A program made the translations under genes and the position numbers. The notes under the pieces are model-generated. The model made no database searches, was not told the DNA's origin, and saw only the letters and a list, made by a program, of their open reading frames with translations. 59,358 bases of DNA. It comes from a bacterium CG_4_10_14_0_2_um_filter_33_32 (GTDB taxonomy: Bacteria > Patescibacteriota > CPR2_A > CG2-30-33-46). Shown in pieces: positions 58,101-59,358 of this stretch (its first letter is position 1; every line of letters starts with the position of its first letter). Location: assembly GCA_002792735.1 (NCBI GenBank), contig PFOW01000058.1, positions 1-59,358 of the forward strand. Reading direction: 5' to 3'.

Positions 58101-58508
58101 TTATTTTTTTATTGCTTCATCTATTGCTTGATTAACCAGTTTATCTGCTTCTTTATTTTGTTCGCGAGGCACAAAATAATATGCAATATTTGTAAAATTC
58201 TGTTCTAAAGTTTTTACTTTAAACAGTAAATTTCTTATTTCACTATTCTTTACCTTAAAAAGTCCTTTTGCTTGATTGACCACCAATTGACTATCTAAAT
58301 AGAATTCTAAATTTTCTGATTTTTCTTTGGCTAGTTCCAATGCTTTTATTAATGCTTGATATTCTGCCTGATTATTTGTTTTTTCCCCGATATATTCTTT
58401 ATAAGTTTCGATCACGTTTCTACTTGAATCCATTATTACGATTCCTATCCCTGCGGGCCCCGGATTATTTCTTGCTCCGCCGTCTGTATAGATGATTAAC
58501 TTTTCCAC
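58101..58508 (-). CDS. rnhA: ribonuclease HI
   Basis: YTDGGARNNPG, TNNQAEY, DSQLVVNQ, NKEADKL. Confidence 0.93.
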   Translation of the reverse strand: MEKLIIYTDGGARNNPGPAGIGIVIMDSSRNVIETYKEYIGEKTNNQAEYQALIKALELAKEKSENLEFYLDSQLVVNQAKGLFKVKNSEIRNLLFKVKTLEQNFTNIAYYFVPREQNKEADKLVNQAIDEAIKK

Positions 58509-58536
58509 TCGAACCTCTTTTATTTATATATAAATT

Positions 58537-59328
58537 CTATATTAAGTTGTTTTTGGAAGCGAGTGTTTTTTTAAACCAATCAATCGCATGTTGTATCATC
58601 TCTAATCTTTTTTGAGGATTAGTAAAGCCATGATCAGCATCTTTAATTATAATTATTTTTTTGGGTTTATTCACTAGCTCGTAAAGTTTTTTTGCGTATG
58701 AAGGGGGAATGTTTTTATCTTTTTCACCATGAATAACCAAAATTGGTTTACGAATGAAGGTAACTAGTTTTGGGATGTCCTGTTTTTGTAAATCTTGCCA
58801 AATCTGAGGGCCTAATTCAATGCGTTCTCCCTCGGAACTAATTCTGTAGGATAGACCATTGGGGTTAAATTTATAGTCAATAAAGAGAGCACTTAAGGTT
58901 TTATAGGTATTATGTGCTGCAGAGCTTAAAAAAATATATGATTGGATGTTAGGGGAATTAAGGATAATTGATGGTAGCGTACCAAAAGACATTGCCAGAA
59001 TTCCTATTTTTTTAGTATTTACTTGTGTTTGAGATTTAACGAATTTAATAATAGAAAATAGGTCATCGGTTAATTTAGCAATGGTAGTTTTGGAGTAATC
59101 CCCCTCGCTTTTCCCTAAACCAGAAAAATCAAATCTATAGATTATAAAACCCTTCTCGGTTAAAGCAGGGGAGATATCATCAAACATGCTTTTTTCGTGT
59201 CTATTAGTGCCAAAGCCATGGGTTAGAATAATAGCTGGGTATTTGTTTTTTTGAATATCCGGAGTATCAACTTGCCCTCTTAGCTTTTCTTTATATTGAT
59301 TGTAAGTAAAAATTTCTTTTGAAATCAT
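58537..59328 (-). CDS. alpha/beta hydrolase
   Basis: HGF, FDFSGLGKSEG, AMSFG nucleophile elbow, HGEKD, ADH. Confidence 0.88.
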   Translation of the reverse strand: MISKEIFTYNQYKEKLRGQVDTPDIQKNKYPAIILTHGFGTNRHEKSMFDDISPALTEKGFIIYRFDFSGLGKSEGDYSKTTIAKLTDDLFSIIKFVKSQTQVNTKKIGILAMSFGTLPSIILNSPNIQSYIFLSSAAHNTYKTLSALFIDYKFNPNGLSYRISSEGERIELGPQIWQDLQKQDIPKLVTFIRKPILVIHGEKDKNIPPSYAKKLYELVNKPKKIIIIKDADHGFTNPQKRLEMIQHAIDWFKKTLASKNNLI

Positions 59329-59358
59329 TTTAAGCCTTTATTATAATGGCAACGTCAA

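Overview
AT-rich chromosomal segment that is almost entirely housekeeping. Its gene content and order (rpsO-pnp, udg-rnj-ftsK-rodZ-recA-recX, long-tailed S6, TGS-less ThrRS, DUF4012/DUF4446-like genes) suggest a Patescibacteria/CPR-type bacterium; this is an inference. It uses the standard code: TGA ends complete genes. About 60 CDSs, an RNase P RNA and a T-box leader are present; no prophage, CRISPR, IS, rRNA or tRNA was seen. The most interesting signals are non-coding. (1) A gap-free ~70-nt two-hairpin element with compensatory base changes occurs three times, each ending in the ribosome-binding site of recA, rpsR or thrS; it is a candidate new cis-regulatory RNA or structured repeat. (2) A Thr T-box with an ultrashort Stem I plus an intrinsic terminator precedes two uncharacterised genes and thrS. 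(3) Related 24-nt inserts sit in heptamer repeats, in frame, inside both miaA and miaB. (4) A TIR-bounded ~90-bp intergenic element occurs twice. Protein-level oddities include an AccD-AccA fusion, a TlyA-nucleotidyltransferase fusion, an ABC ATPase with an HhH tail, non-canonical starts and unannotated small membrane ORFs. All family assignments are from motif recognition by eye, not database searches.
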